DNA from: the human T2T-CHM13v2.0 reference genome, Homo sapiens
Length of the DNA: 64,000 bases
Strand: one strand, 5' to 3'
Assembly: GCF_009914755.1 (NCBI RefSeq)
Contig: NC_060941.1
Below, piece after piece: positions 52,801-64,000 of this stretch. The translations under genes were made by a program, and so were the position numbers. Each line of letters opens with the position of its first letter. Positions within the stretch are counted from its first letter, which is position 1. The notes beneath the pieces were generated by a model, which was not told the origin of the DNA, searched no databases, and saw only the letters and a list, made by a program, of their open reading frames with translations.

Positions 52801-55800
52801 CCTATGGTAGTAAAGGGAATAGCTTCATAGAAAAACTAGACAGAAGCATTCTCAGAAAATACTTTGTGATGATTGAGTTTAACTCACAGAGCTGAACATT
52901 CCTTTGGATGGAGCAGGTTTGAGACACACTTTTTGTAGAATCTACAAGTGGATATTTGGACCTCTCTGAGGATTTCGTTGGAAACGGGATAACTGCACCT
53001 AACTAAACGGAAGCATTCTCAGAAACTTCTTGGTGATGTTTGCATTCAAATCCCAGAGTTGAACCTTCCTTTGATAGTTCAGGTTTGAAACACTCTTTTT
53101 GTAGGATCTGCAAGTGGATATTTGGACCACTCTGTGGCCTTCGTTCGAAACGGGTACATCTTCGCATAAAATCTAGACAGAAGCCTTCTCAGAAACTTCT
53201 CTGTGATGATTGCATTCAACTCACAGAGTTGAACCCTCCTATGGATAGAGCAGTGTTGAAACTCTCTTTTTGTGGAATCTGCAAGTGGATACGTGGACCT
53301 CTCCGAAGACGTCTTTCGAAACGGGAATATCTTCACATAAAAACTAAACAGAAGCATTCTCAGAAACTTCTCTGTGATGTTTGTGTTCAACTCCCAGAGT
53401 TTCACATTGCTTTTCATAGAGTAGTTCTGAAACATGCTTTTCGTAGTGTCTACAAGTGGACATTTGGAGCGCTTTCAGGCCTGTGGTGGAAAACGAATTA
53501 TGGTCACATAAAAACTGGAGAGAAGCATTGTCAGAAACTTCTTTGTGATGATTGCATTCAACTCACAGAGTTGAAGGTTCCTTTTCAAAGAGCAGTTTCC
53601 AATCACTCTTTGTGTGGAATCTGCAAGTGGATATTTGGACCTATTTTGAAGATTTCGTTGGAAACGGGAGAATCTTCACAGGAAAGCTAAACAGAAGCAT
53701 TCTCAGAAACTTCTTTGTGATGCTTGCATTCAACTCACAGAGTTGAACTTTCCTTTCGAGAGAGAAGCTTTGAAACACTCTTTTTCCAGAATCTGCAAGT
53801 GGACATTTGGAGGGCTTTGAGGCCTGTGGTGGAAAAGGAATTATCTTCCCGTAAAAGCTAGATAGAAGCATTCTCAGAAACTACTTTGTGATGATTGCAT
53901 TCAAGTCACAGAGTTGAACATTCCCTTTGACAGAGCAGTTTGGAAACTCTCTTTGTGTAGAATCTGCAAGTGGAGATATGGACCGCTTTGAGGCCTATGG
54001 TAGTAAAGGAAATAGCTTCATATAAAAGCTAGACAGTAGCATTCACAGAAAACTCTTGGTGACGACTGAGTTTAACTCACAGAGCTGAACATTCCTTTGG
54101 ATGGAGCAGTTTCGAAACACACTATTTGTAGAATGTGCAAGTGGATATTTAGGCCTCTCTGAGGATTTCGTTGGAAACGGGATAAACCGCACAGAACTAA
54201 ACAGAAGCATTCTCAGAACCTTCTTCGTGATGTTTGCATTCAACTCACAGTGTTGAACCTTTCTTTGATAGTTCAGGTTTGAAACGGTCTTTCTGCAGAA
54301 ACTGCAAGTAGATATTTGGACCTCTCTGAGGATTTCGTTGGAAACGGGATACCCCGCACAGAACTAAAACAGAAGCATTCTCAGAACCCTCTTCGTGATG
54401 TTTGCATTCAACTCACAGTGCTGAACCTTTCTTTGATAGTTCAGCTTTGAAACACTCTTTTTGTAGAAACTGCAAGTGGATATTTGGTCCTCTCTGAGGA
54501 TTTCGTTGGAAACGGGATAAACTGCACAGAACTAAACAGAAGCATTCTCAGAACCTTCTTCGTGATGTCTGCATTCAACTCACAGTGTGGAACCTTTCTT
54601 TGATAGTTCAGGTTTGAAACACTCTTTTTGTAGAAACTGCAAGGGGATAATTGCACTCTTTGAGGAGTACCGTAGTAAAGGAAATAACTTCCTATAAAAA
54701 GAAGACAGAAGCTTTCTCAGAAAATTCTTTGGGATGATTGAGTTGAACTCACAGAGCTGAGCATTCCTTGCGATGTAGCAGTTTAGAAACACACTTTCTG
54801 CAGAATCTGCAAGTGCATATTTGGACCTCTGTGAGGAATTCGTTGGAAACGGGATAATTTCAGCTGACTAAACAGAAGCAGTCTCAGAATCTTCTTTGTG
54901 ATGTTTGCATTCAAATCCCCGAGTTGAACTTTCCTTTCAAAGTTCACGTTTGAAACACTCTTTTTGCAGGATCTACAAGTGGATATTTGGACCACTCTGT
55001 GTCCTTCGTTCGAAACGGGTATATCTTCACATGACATCTAGACAGAAGCATCCTCAGAAGCTTCTCTGTGATGACTGCATTCAACTCACGGAGTTGAACA
55101 CTCCTTTTGAGAGCGCAGTTTTGAAACTCTCTTTCTGTGGCATCTGCAAGGGGACATGTAGACCTCTTTGAAAATTTCGTTGGAAACGGAATCATCTTCA
55201 CATAAAAACTACACAGATGCATTCTCAGGAACTTTTTGGTGATGTTTGTATTCAACTCCCAGAGTTGAACTTTCCTTTGGAAAGAGCAGCTATGAAACAC
55301 TGTTTTTCTAGAATCTGCAAGTGGACGTTTGGAGGGCTTTGTGGTTTGTGGTGGAAAAGGAAATATCTTCACCTAAATACTAGATAGAAGCATTCTCAGA
55401 AACTGCTTTGTGATGATTGCATTCACCTCACAGAGTTGAACATTCCTATTGATAGAGCAGTTTGGAAACACTCTTGTTGTGGAATGTGCAAGTGGAGATT
55501 TGGAGCGCTTTGAGGCCTATGGTAGTAAAGGGAATAGCTTCATAGAAAAACTAGACAGAAGCATTCTCAGAAAATACTTTGTGATGATTGAGTTTAACTC
55601 ACAGAGCTGAACATTCCTTTGGATGGAGCAGGTTTGAGACACACTTTTTGTAGAATCTACAAGTGGATATTGGGACCTCTCTGAGGATTTCGTTGGAAAC
55701 GGGATAACTGCACCTAACTAAACGGAAGCATTCTCAGAAACTTCTTGGTGATGTTTGCATTCAAATCCCAGAGTTGAACCTTCCTTTGATAGTTCAGGTT

Positions 55801-58800
55801 TGAAACACTCTTTTTGTAGGATCTGCAAGTGGATATTTGGACCACTCTGTGGCCTTCGTTCGAAACGGGTATATCTTCGCATAAAATCTAGACAGAAGCC
55901 TTCTCAGAAACTTCTCTGTGATGATTGCATTCAACTCACAGAGTTGAACCCTCCTATGGATAGAGCAGTGTTGAAACTCTCTTTTTGTGGAATCTGCAAG
56001 TGGCTATGTGGACCTCTCCGAAGATGTCTTTGGAAACGGGAATATCTTCACATAAAAACTAAACAGAAGCATTCTCAGAAACTTCTCTGTGATGTTTGTG
56101 TTCAACTCCCAGAGTTTCACATTGCTTTTCATAGAGTAGTTCTGAAACATGCTTTTCGTAGTGTCTACAAGTGGACATTTGGAGCGCTTTCAGGCCTGTG
56201 GTGGAAAACGAATTATGGTCACATAAAAACTGGAGAGAAGCATTGTCAGAAACTTCTTTGTGATGATTGCATTCAACTCACAGAGTTGAAGGTTCCTTTT
56301 CAAAGAGCAGTTTCCAATCACTCTTTGTGTGGAATCTGCAAGTGGATATTTGGACCTATTTTGAAGATTTCGTTGGAAACGGGAGAATCTTCACAGGAAA
56401 GCTAAACAGAAGCATTCTCAGAAACTTCTTTGTGATGCTTGCATTCAACTCACAGAGTTGAACTTTCCTTTCGAGAGAGAAGCTTTGAAACACTCTTTTT
56501 CCAGAATCTGCAAGTGGACATTTGGAGGGCTTTGAGGCCTGTGGTGGAAAAGGAATTATCTTCCCGTAAAAGCTAGATAGAAGCATTCTCAGAAACTACT
56601 TTGTGATGATTGCATTCAAGTCACAGAGTTGAACATTCCCTTTGACAGAGCAGTTTGGAAACTCTCTTTGTGTAGAATCTGCAAGTGGAGATATGGACCG
56701 CTTTGAGGCCTATGGTAGTAAAGGAAATAGCTTCATATAAAAGCTAGACAGTAGCATTCACAGAAAACTCTTGGTGACGACTGAGTTTAACTCACAGAGC
56801 TGAACATTCCTTTGGATGGAGCAGTTTCGAAACACACTATTTGTAGAATGTGCAAGTGGATATTTAGGCCTCTCTGAGGATTTCGTTGGAAACGGGATAA
56901 ACCGCACAGAACTAAACAGAAGCATTCTCAGAACCTTCTTCGTGATGTTTGCATTCAACTCACAGTGTTGAACCTTTCTTTGATAGTTCAGGTTTGAAAC
57001 GGTCTTTCTGCAGAAACTGCAAGTAGATATTTGGACCTCTCTGAGGATTTCGTTGGAAACGGGATACCCCGCACAGAACTAAAACAGAAGCATTCTCAGA
57101 ACCCTCTTCGTGATGTTTGCATTCAACTCACAGTGCTGAACCTTTCTTTGATAGTTCAGCTTTGAAACACTCTTTTTGTAGAAACTGCAAGTGGATATTT
57201 GGTCCTCTCTGAGGATTTCGTTGGAAACGGGATAAACTGCACAGAACTAAACAGAAGCATTCTCAGAACCTTCTTCGTGATGTCTGCATTCAACTCACAG
57301 TGTGGAACCTTTCTTTGATAGTTCAGGTTTGAAACACTCTTTTTGTAGAAACTGCAAGGGGATAATTGCACTCTTTGAGGAGTACCGTAGTAAAGGAAAT
57401 AACTTCCTATAAAAAGAAGACAGAAGCTTTCTCAGAAAATTCTTTGGGATGATTGAGTTGAACTCACAGAGCTGAGCATTCCTTGCGATGTAGCAGTTTA
57501 GAAACACACTTTCTGCAGAATCTGCAAGTGCATATTTGGACCTCTGTGAGGAATTCGTTGGAAACGGGATAATTTCAGCTGACTAAACAGAAGCAGTCTC
57601 AGAATCTTCTTTGTGATGTTTGCATTCAAATCCCCGAGTTGAACTTTCCTTTCAAAGTTCACGTTTGAAACACTCTTTTTGCAGGATCTACAAGTGGATA
57701 TTTGGACCACTCTGTGTCCTTCGATCGAAACGGGTGTATCTTCACATGACATCTAGACAGAAGCATCCTCAGAAGCTTCTCTGTGATGACTGCATTCAAC
57801 TCACGGAGTTGAACACTCCTTTTGAGAGCGCAGTTTTGAAACTCTCTTTCTGTGGCATCTGCAAGGGGACATGTAGACCTCTTTGAAGATTTCGTTGGAA
57901 ACGGAATCATCTTCACATAAAAACTACACAGATGCATTCTCAGGAACTTTTTGGTGATGTTTGTATTCAACTCCCAGAGTTGAACTTTCCTTTGGAAAGA
58001 GCAGCTATGAAACACTGTTTTTCTAGAATCTGCAAGTGGACGTTTGGAGGGCTTTGTGGTTTGTGGTGGAAAAGGAAATATCTTCACCTAAATACTAGAT
58101 AGAAGCATTCTCAGAAACTGCTTTGTGATGATTGCATTCACCTCACAGAGTTGAACATTCCTATTGATAGAGCAGTTTGGAAACACTCTTGTTGTGGAAT
58201 GTGCAAGTGGAGATTTGGAGCGCTTTGAGGCCTATGGTAGTAAAGGGAATAGCTTCATAGAAAAACTAGACAGAAGCATTCTCAGAAAATACTTTGTGAT
58301 GATTGAGTTTAACTCACAGAGCTGAACATTCCTTTGGATGGAGCAGGTTTGAGACACACTTTTTGTAGAATCTACAAGTGGATATTTGGACCTCTCTGAG
58401 GATTTCGTTGGAAACGGGATAACTGCACCTAACTAAACGGAAGCATTCTCAGAAACTTCTTGGTGATGTTTGCATTCAAATCCCAGAGTTGAACCTTCCT
58501 TTGATAGTTCAGGTTTGAAACACTCTTTTTGTAGGATCTGCAAGTGGATATTTGGACCACTCTGTGGCCTTCGTTCGAAACGGGTACATCTTCGCATAAA
58601 ATCTAGACAGAAGCCTTCTCAGAAACTTCTCTGTGATGATTGCATTCAACTCACAGAGTTGAACCCTCCTATGGATAGAGCAGTGTTGAAACTCTCTTTT
58701 TGTGGAATCTGCAAGTGGATACGTGGACCTCTCCGAAGACGTCTTTCGAAACGGGAATATCTTCACATAAAAACTAAACAGAAGCATTCTCAGAAACTTC

Positions 58801-61800
58801 TCTGTGATGTTTGTGTTCAACTCCCAGAGTTTCACATTGCTTTTCATAGAGTAGTTCTGAAACATGCTTTTCGTAGTGTCTACAAGTGGACATTTGGAGC
58901 GCTTTCAGGCCTGTGGTGGAAAACGAATTATGGTCACATAAAAACTGGAGAGAAGCATTGTCAGAAACTTCTTTGTGATGATTGCATTCAACTCACAGAG
59001 TTGAAGGTTCCTTTTCAAAGAGCAGTTTCCAATCACTCTTTGTGTGGAATCTGCAAGTGGATATTTGGACCTATTTTGAAGATTTCGTTGGAAACGGGAG
59101 AATCTTCACAGGAAAGCTAAACAGAAGCATTCTCAGAAACTTCTTTGTGATGCTTGCATTCAACTCACAGAGTTGAACTTTCCTTTCGAGAGAGAAGCTT
59201 TGAAACACTCTTTTTCCAGAATCTGCAAGTGGACATTTGGAGGGCTTTGAGGCCTGTGGTGGAAAAGGAATTATCTTCCCGTAAAAGCTAGATAGAAGCA
59301 TTCTCAGAAACTACTTTGTGATGATTGCATTCAAGTCACAGAGTTGAACATTCCCTTTGACAGAGCAGTTTGGAAACTCTCTTTGTGTAGAATCTGCAAG
59401 TGGAGATATGGACCGCTTTGAGGCCTATGGTAGTAAAGGAAATAGCTTCATATAAAAGCTAGACAGTAGCATTCACAGAAAACTCTTGGTGACGACTGAG
59501 TTTAACTCACAGAGCTGAACATTCCTTTGGATGGAGCAGTTTCGAAACACACTATTTGTAGAATGTGCAAGTGGATATTTAGGCCTCTCTGAGGATTTCG
59601 TTGGAAACGGGATAAACCGCACAGAACTAAACAGAAGCATTCTCAGAACCTTCTTCGTGATGTTTGCATTCAACTCACAGTGTTGAACCTTTCTTTGATA
59701 GTTCAGGTTTGAAACGGTCTTTCTGCAGAAACTGCAAGTAGATATTTGGACCTCTCTGAGGATTTCGTTGGAAACGGGATACCCCGCACAGAACTAAAAC
59801 AGAAGCATTCTCAGAACCCTCTTCGTGATGTTTGCATTCAACTCACAGTGCTGAACCTTTCTTTGATAGTTCAGCTTTGAAACACTCTTTTTGTAGAAAC
59901 TGCAAGTGGATATTTGGTCCTCTCTGAGGATTTCGTTGGAAACGGGATAAACTGCACAGAACTAAACAGAAGCATTCTCAGAACCTTCTTCGTGATGTCT
60001 GCATTCAACTCACAGTGTGGAACCTTTCTTTGATAGTTCAGGTTTGAAACACTCTTTTTGTAGAAACTGCAAGGGGATAATTGCACTCTTTGAGGAGTAC
60101 CGTAGTAAAGGAAATAACTTCCTATAAAAAGAAGACAGAAGCTTTCTCAGAAAATTCTTTGGGATGATTGAGTTGAACTCACAGAGCTGAGCATTCCTTG
60201 CGATGTAGCAGTTTAGAAACACACTTTCTGCAGAATCTGCAAGTGCATATTTGGACCTCTGTGAGGAATTCGTTGGAAACGGGATAATTTCAGCTGACTA
60301 AACAGAAGCAGTCTCAGAATCTTCTTTGTGATGTTTGCATTCAAATCCCCGAGTTGAACTTTCCTTTCAAAGTTCACGTTTGAAACACTCTTTTTGCAGG
60401 ATCTACAAGTGGATATTTGGACCACTCTGTGTCCTTCGTTCGAAACGGGTATATCTTCACATGACATCTAGACAGAAGCATCCTCAGAAGCTTCTCTGTG
60501 ATGACTGCATTCAACTCACGGAGTTGAACACTCCTTTTGAGAGCGCAGTTTTGAAACTCTCTTTCTGTGGCATCTGCAAGGGGACATGTAGACCTCTTTG
60601 AAGATTTCGTTGGAAACGGAATCATCTTCACATAAAAACTACACAGATGCATTCTCAGGAACTTTTTGGTGATGTTTGTATTCAACTCCCAGAGTTGAAC
60701 TTTCCTTTGGAAAGAGCAGCTATGAAACACTGTTTTTCTAGAATCTGCAAGTGGACGTTTGGAGGGCTTTGTGGTTTGTGGTGGAAAAGGAAATATCTTC
60801 ACCTAAATACTAGATAGAAGCATTCTCAGAAACTGCTTTGTGATGATTGCATTCACCTCACAGAGTTGAACATTCCTATTGATAGAGCAGTTTGGAAACA
60901 CTCTTGTTGTGGAATGTGCAAGTGGAGATTTGGAGCGCTTTGAGGCCTATGGTAGTAAAGGGAATAGCTTCATAGAAAAACTAGACAGAAGCATTCTCAG
61001 AAAATACTTTGTGATGATTGAGTTTAACTCACAGAGCTGAACATTCCTTTGGATGGAGCAGGTTTGAGACACACTTTTTGTAGAATCTACAAGTGGATAT
61101 TTGGACCTCTCTGAGGATTTCGTTGGAAACGGGATAACTGCACCTAACTAAACGGAAGCATTCTCAGAAACTTCTTGGTGATGTTTGCATTCAAATCCCA
61201 GAGTTGAACCTTCCTTTGATAGTTCAGGTTTGAAACACTCTTTTTGTAGGATCTGCAAGTGGATATTTGGACCACTCTGTGGCCTTCGTTCGAAACGGGT
61301 ACATCTTCGCATAAAATCTAGACAGAAGCCTTCTCAGAAACTTCTCTGTGATGATTGCATTCAACTCACAGAGTTGAACCCTCCTATGGATAGAGCAGTG
61401 TTGAAACTCTCTTTTTGTGGAATCTGCAAGTGGATACGTGGACCTCTCCGAAGACGTCTTTCGAAACGGGAATATCTTCACATAAAAACTAAACAGAAGC
61501 ATTCTCAGAAACTTCTCTGTGATGTTTGTGTTCAACTCCCAGAGTTTCACATTGCTTTTCATAGAGTAGTTCTGAAACATGCTTTTCGTAGTGTCTACAA
61601 GTGGACATTTGGAGCGCTTTCAGGCCTGTGGTGGAAAACGAATTATGGTCACATAAAAACTGGAGAGAAGCATTGTCAGAAACTTCTTTGTGATGATTGC
61701 ATTCAACTCACAGAGTTGAAGGTTCCTTTTCAAAGAGCAGTTTCCAATCACTCTTTGTGTGGAATCTGCAAGTGGATATTTGGACCTATTTTGAAGATTT

Positions 61801-63873
61801 CGTTGGAAACGGGAGAATCTTCACAGGAAAGCTAAACAGAAGCATTCTCAGAAACTTCTTTGTGATGCTTGCATTCAACTCACAGAGTTGAACTTTCCTT
61901 TCGAGAGAGAAGCTTTGAAACACTCTTTTTCCAGAATCTGCAAGTGGACATTTGGAGGGCTTTGAGGCCTGTGGTGGAAAAGGAATTATCTTCCCGTAAA
62001 AGCTAGATAGAAGCATTCTCAGAAACTACTTTGTGATGATTGCATTCAAGTCACAGAGTTGAACATTCCCTTTGACAGAGCAGTTTGGAAACTCTCTTTG
62101 TGTAGAATCTGCAAGTGGAGATATGGACCGCTTTGAGGCCTATGGTAGTAAAGGAAATAGCTTCATATAAAAGCTAGACAGTAGCATTCACAGAAAACTC
62201 TTGGTGACGACTGAGTTTAACTCACAGAGCTGAACATTCCTTTGGATGGAGCAGTTTCGAAACACACTATTTGTAGAATGTGCAAGTGGATATTTAGGCC
62301 TCTCTGAGGATTTCGTTGGAAACGGGATAAACCGCACAGAACTAAACAGAAGCATTCTCAGAACCTTCTTCGTGATGTTTGCATTCAACTCACAGTGTTG
62401 AACCTTTCTTTGATAGTTCAGGTTTGAAACGGTCTTTCTGCAGAAACTGCAAGTAGATATTTGGACCTCTCTGAGGATTTCGTTGGAAACGGGATAACCC
62501 GCACAGAACTAAAACAGAAGCATTCTCAGAACCCTCTTCGTGATGTTTGCATTCAACTCACAGTGCTGAACCTTTCTTTGATAGTTCAGCTTTGAAACAC
62601 TCTTTTTGTAGAAACTGCAAGTGGATATTTGGTCCTCTCTGAGGATTTCGTTGGAAACGGGATAAACTGCACAGAACTAAACAGAAGCATTCTCAGAACC
62701 TTCTTCGTGATGTCTGCATTCAACTCACAGTGTGGAACCTTTCTTTGATAGTTCAGGTTTGAAACACTCTTTTTGTAGAAACTGCAAGGGGATAATTGCA
62801 CTCTTTGAGGAGTACCGTAGTAAAGGAAATAACTTCCTATAAAAAGAAGACAGAAGCTTTCTCAGAAAATTCTTTGGGATGATTGAGTTGAACTCACAGA
62901 GCTGAGCATTCCTTGCGATGTAGCAGTTTAGAAACACACTTTCTGCAGAATCTGCAAGTGCATATTTGGACCTCTGTGAGGAATTCGTTGGAAACGGGAT
63001 AATTTCAGCTGACTAAACAGAAGCAGTCTCAGAATCTTCTTTGTGATGTTTGCATTCAAATCCCCGAGTTGAACTTTCCTTTCAAAGTTCACGTTTGAAA
63101 CACTCTTTTTGCAGGATCTACAAGTGGATATTTGGACCACTCTGTGTCCTTCGTTCGAAACGGGTATATCTTCACATGACATCTAGACAGAAGCATCCTC
63201 AGAAGCTTCTCTGTGATGACTGCATTCAACTCACGGAGTTGAACACTCCTTTTGAGAGCGCAGTTTTGAAACTCTCTTTCTGTGGCATCTGCAAGGGGAC
63301 ATGTAGACCTCTTTGAAGATTTCGTTGGAAACGGAATCATCTTCACATAAAAACTACACAGATGCATTCTCAGGAACTTTTTGGTGATGTTTGTATTCAA
63401 CTCCCAGAGTTGAACTTTCCTTTGGAAAGAGCAGCTATGAAACACTGTTTTTCTAGAATCTGCAAGTGGACGTTTGGAGGGCTTTGTGGTTTGTGGTGGA
63501 AAAGGAAATATCTTCACCTAAATACTAGATAGAAGCATTCTCAGAAACTGCTTTGTGATGATTGCATTCACCTCACAGAGTTGAACATTCCTATTGATAG
63601 AGCAGTTTGGAAACACTCTTGTTGTGGAATGTGCAAGTGGAGATTTGGAGCGCTTTGAGGCCTATGGTAGTAAAGGGAATAGCTTCATAGAAAAACTAGA
63701 CAGAAGCATTCTCAGAAAATACTTTGTGATGATTGAGTTTAACTCACAGAGCTGAACATTCCTTTGGATGGAGCAGGTTTGAGACACACTTTTTGTAGAA
63801 TCTACAAGTGGATATTTGGACCTCTCTGAGGATTTCGTTGGAAACGGGATAACTGCACCTAACTAAACGGAAG
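25864..63873 (+). repeat. HOR units U10-U23: fourteen consecutive 16-mers, each exactly 2715 bp
   Basis: The ORF anchors at 25890, 28605, 31320 ... 61185 are all exactly 2715 bp apart. I saw only substitutions between these units. Confidence 0.96.
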
Positions 63874-64000
63874 CATTCTCAGAAACTTCTTGGTGATGTT
63901 TGCATTCAAATCCCAGAGTTGAACCTTCCTTTGATAGTTCAGGTTTGAAACACTCTTTTTGTAGGATCTGCAAGTGGATATTTGGACCACTCTGTGGCCT
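63874..64000 (+). repeat. Start of the next HOR unit (truncated by the window end)
   Basis: CATTCTCAGAAACTTCTTGGTGATG begins at 63874. Confidence 0.9.

Larger units (their letters stand above)
1..64000 (+). repeat. D17Z1: Alpha-satellite higher-order repeat array (centromeric), SF3/pentameric type, consistent with human chromosome 17 D17Z1
   Basis: Uninterrupted 166-172-bp monomers starting CATTCTCAGAAAC-like, with CENP-B boxes (TTCGTTGGAAACGGGA). The 16-monomer period is 2712-2715 bp, seen in the spacing of the repeated ORF anchors at 3151, 5866, 8581 ... 61185. There is one conserved EcoRI site per unit (e.g. 2232, 4947). The monomer order by similarity is W2 W3 W4 W3 W4 W5 W1 W1 W1 W5 W1 W2 W3 W4 W5 W1, which matches the D17Z1 16-mer as I recall it. 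Alpha satellite is certain; the chromosome 17 assignment is slightly less so. Confidence 0.93.

Noticed and set aside
94-63517. Repeated 60-216 aa ORFs on both strands (e.g. MHSNPRVEPSF..., Cys/His-rich)
   Set aside because: They are chance open frames of alpha satellite (171 = 57 codons). Many start at non-ATG codons, they overlap on both strands, they are frameshifted or truncated by unit-specific variants, and they show no recognisable domain. The Cys/His spacing is not a zinc-finger pattern.
1-64000. CRISPR-like regularly spaced conserved motifs (e.g. CAGAAGCATTCTCAGAA, TTCGTTGGAAACGGG)
   Set aside because: The intervening sequences are homologous monomer bodies repeated every HOR, not unique spacers, and there are no cas genes.
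1-64000. L1/Alu insertion, inversion or foreign sequence
   Set aside because: Unit lengths are fully explained by monomer counts and 1-bp indels. All monomers read in the same orientation, and I saw no poly-A tail or target-site duplication.
1-64000. Assignment to other SF3 arrays (DXZ1 12-mer, D11Z1 5-mer, chr1 11-mer, D17Z1-B 14-mer)
   Set aside because: The 16-monomer ~2.7-kb EcoRI period, with an internal W3W4 repeat and a W1 triplet, fits D17Z1 rather than these.

Overview
The whole 64 kb window is primate (most likely human) centromeric alpha-satellite: head-to-tail ~171-bp monomers in one orientation, organised as a higher-order repeat (HOR). There are 23 complete HOR units between 68 and 63873 (called U1-U23 here), plus partial units at both ends. 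The basic unit is a 16-monomer HOR of 2712-2715 bp with one conserved EcoRI site and a pentamer-derived (suprachromosomal family 3, W1-W5) monomer order. This fits the chromosome 17 D17Z1 array; the assignment is from recall of the family, not from an alignment. I see no credible genes, RNA genes, transposon insertions or inversions, and every ORF in the track is a by-product of the repeat. I found no new gene system. The interesting structure is in the array itself: (1) four 18-mer HOR variants (3056-3057 bp) made by a 342-bp two-monomer tandem duplication, with the breakpoint inside a 28-bp shared sequence; (2) alternating 18-mer/16-mer units that form ~5.77-kb super-repeats; (3) nested multi-HOR duplications and small conversion-like patches; (4) a cluster of CENP-B-box-disrupting variants at 11-27 kb; and (5) a transition to a very homogeneous, probably younger 2715-bp block toward the right end. 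All variant calls were read by eye.
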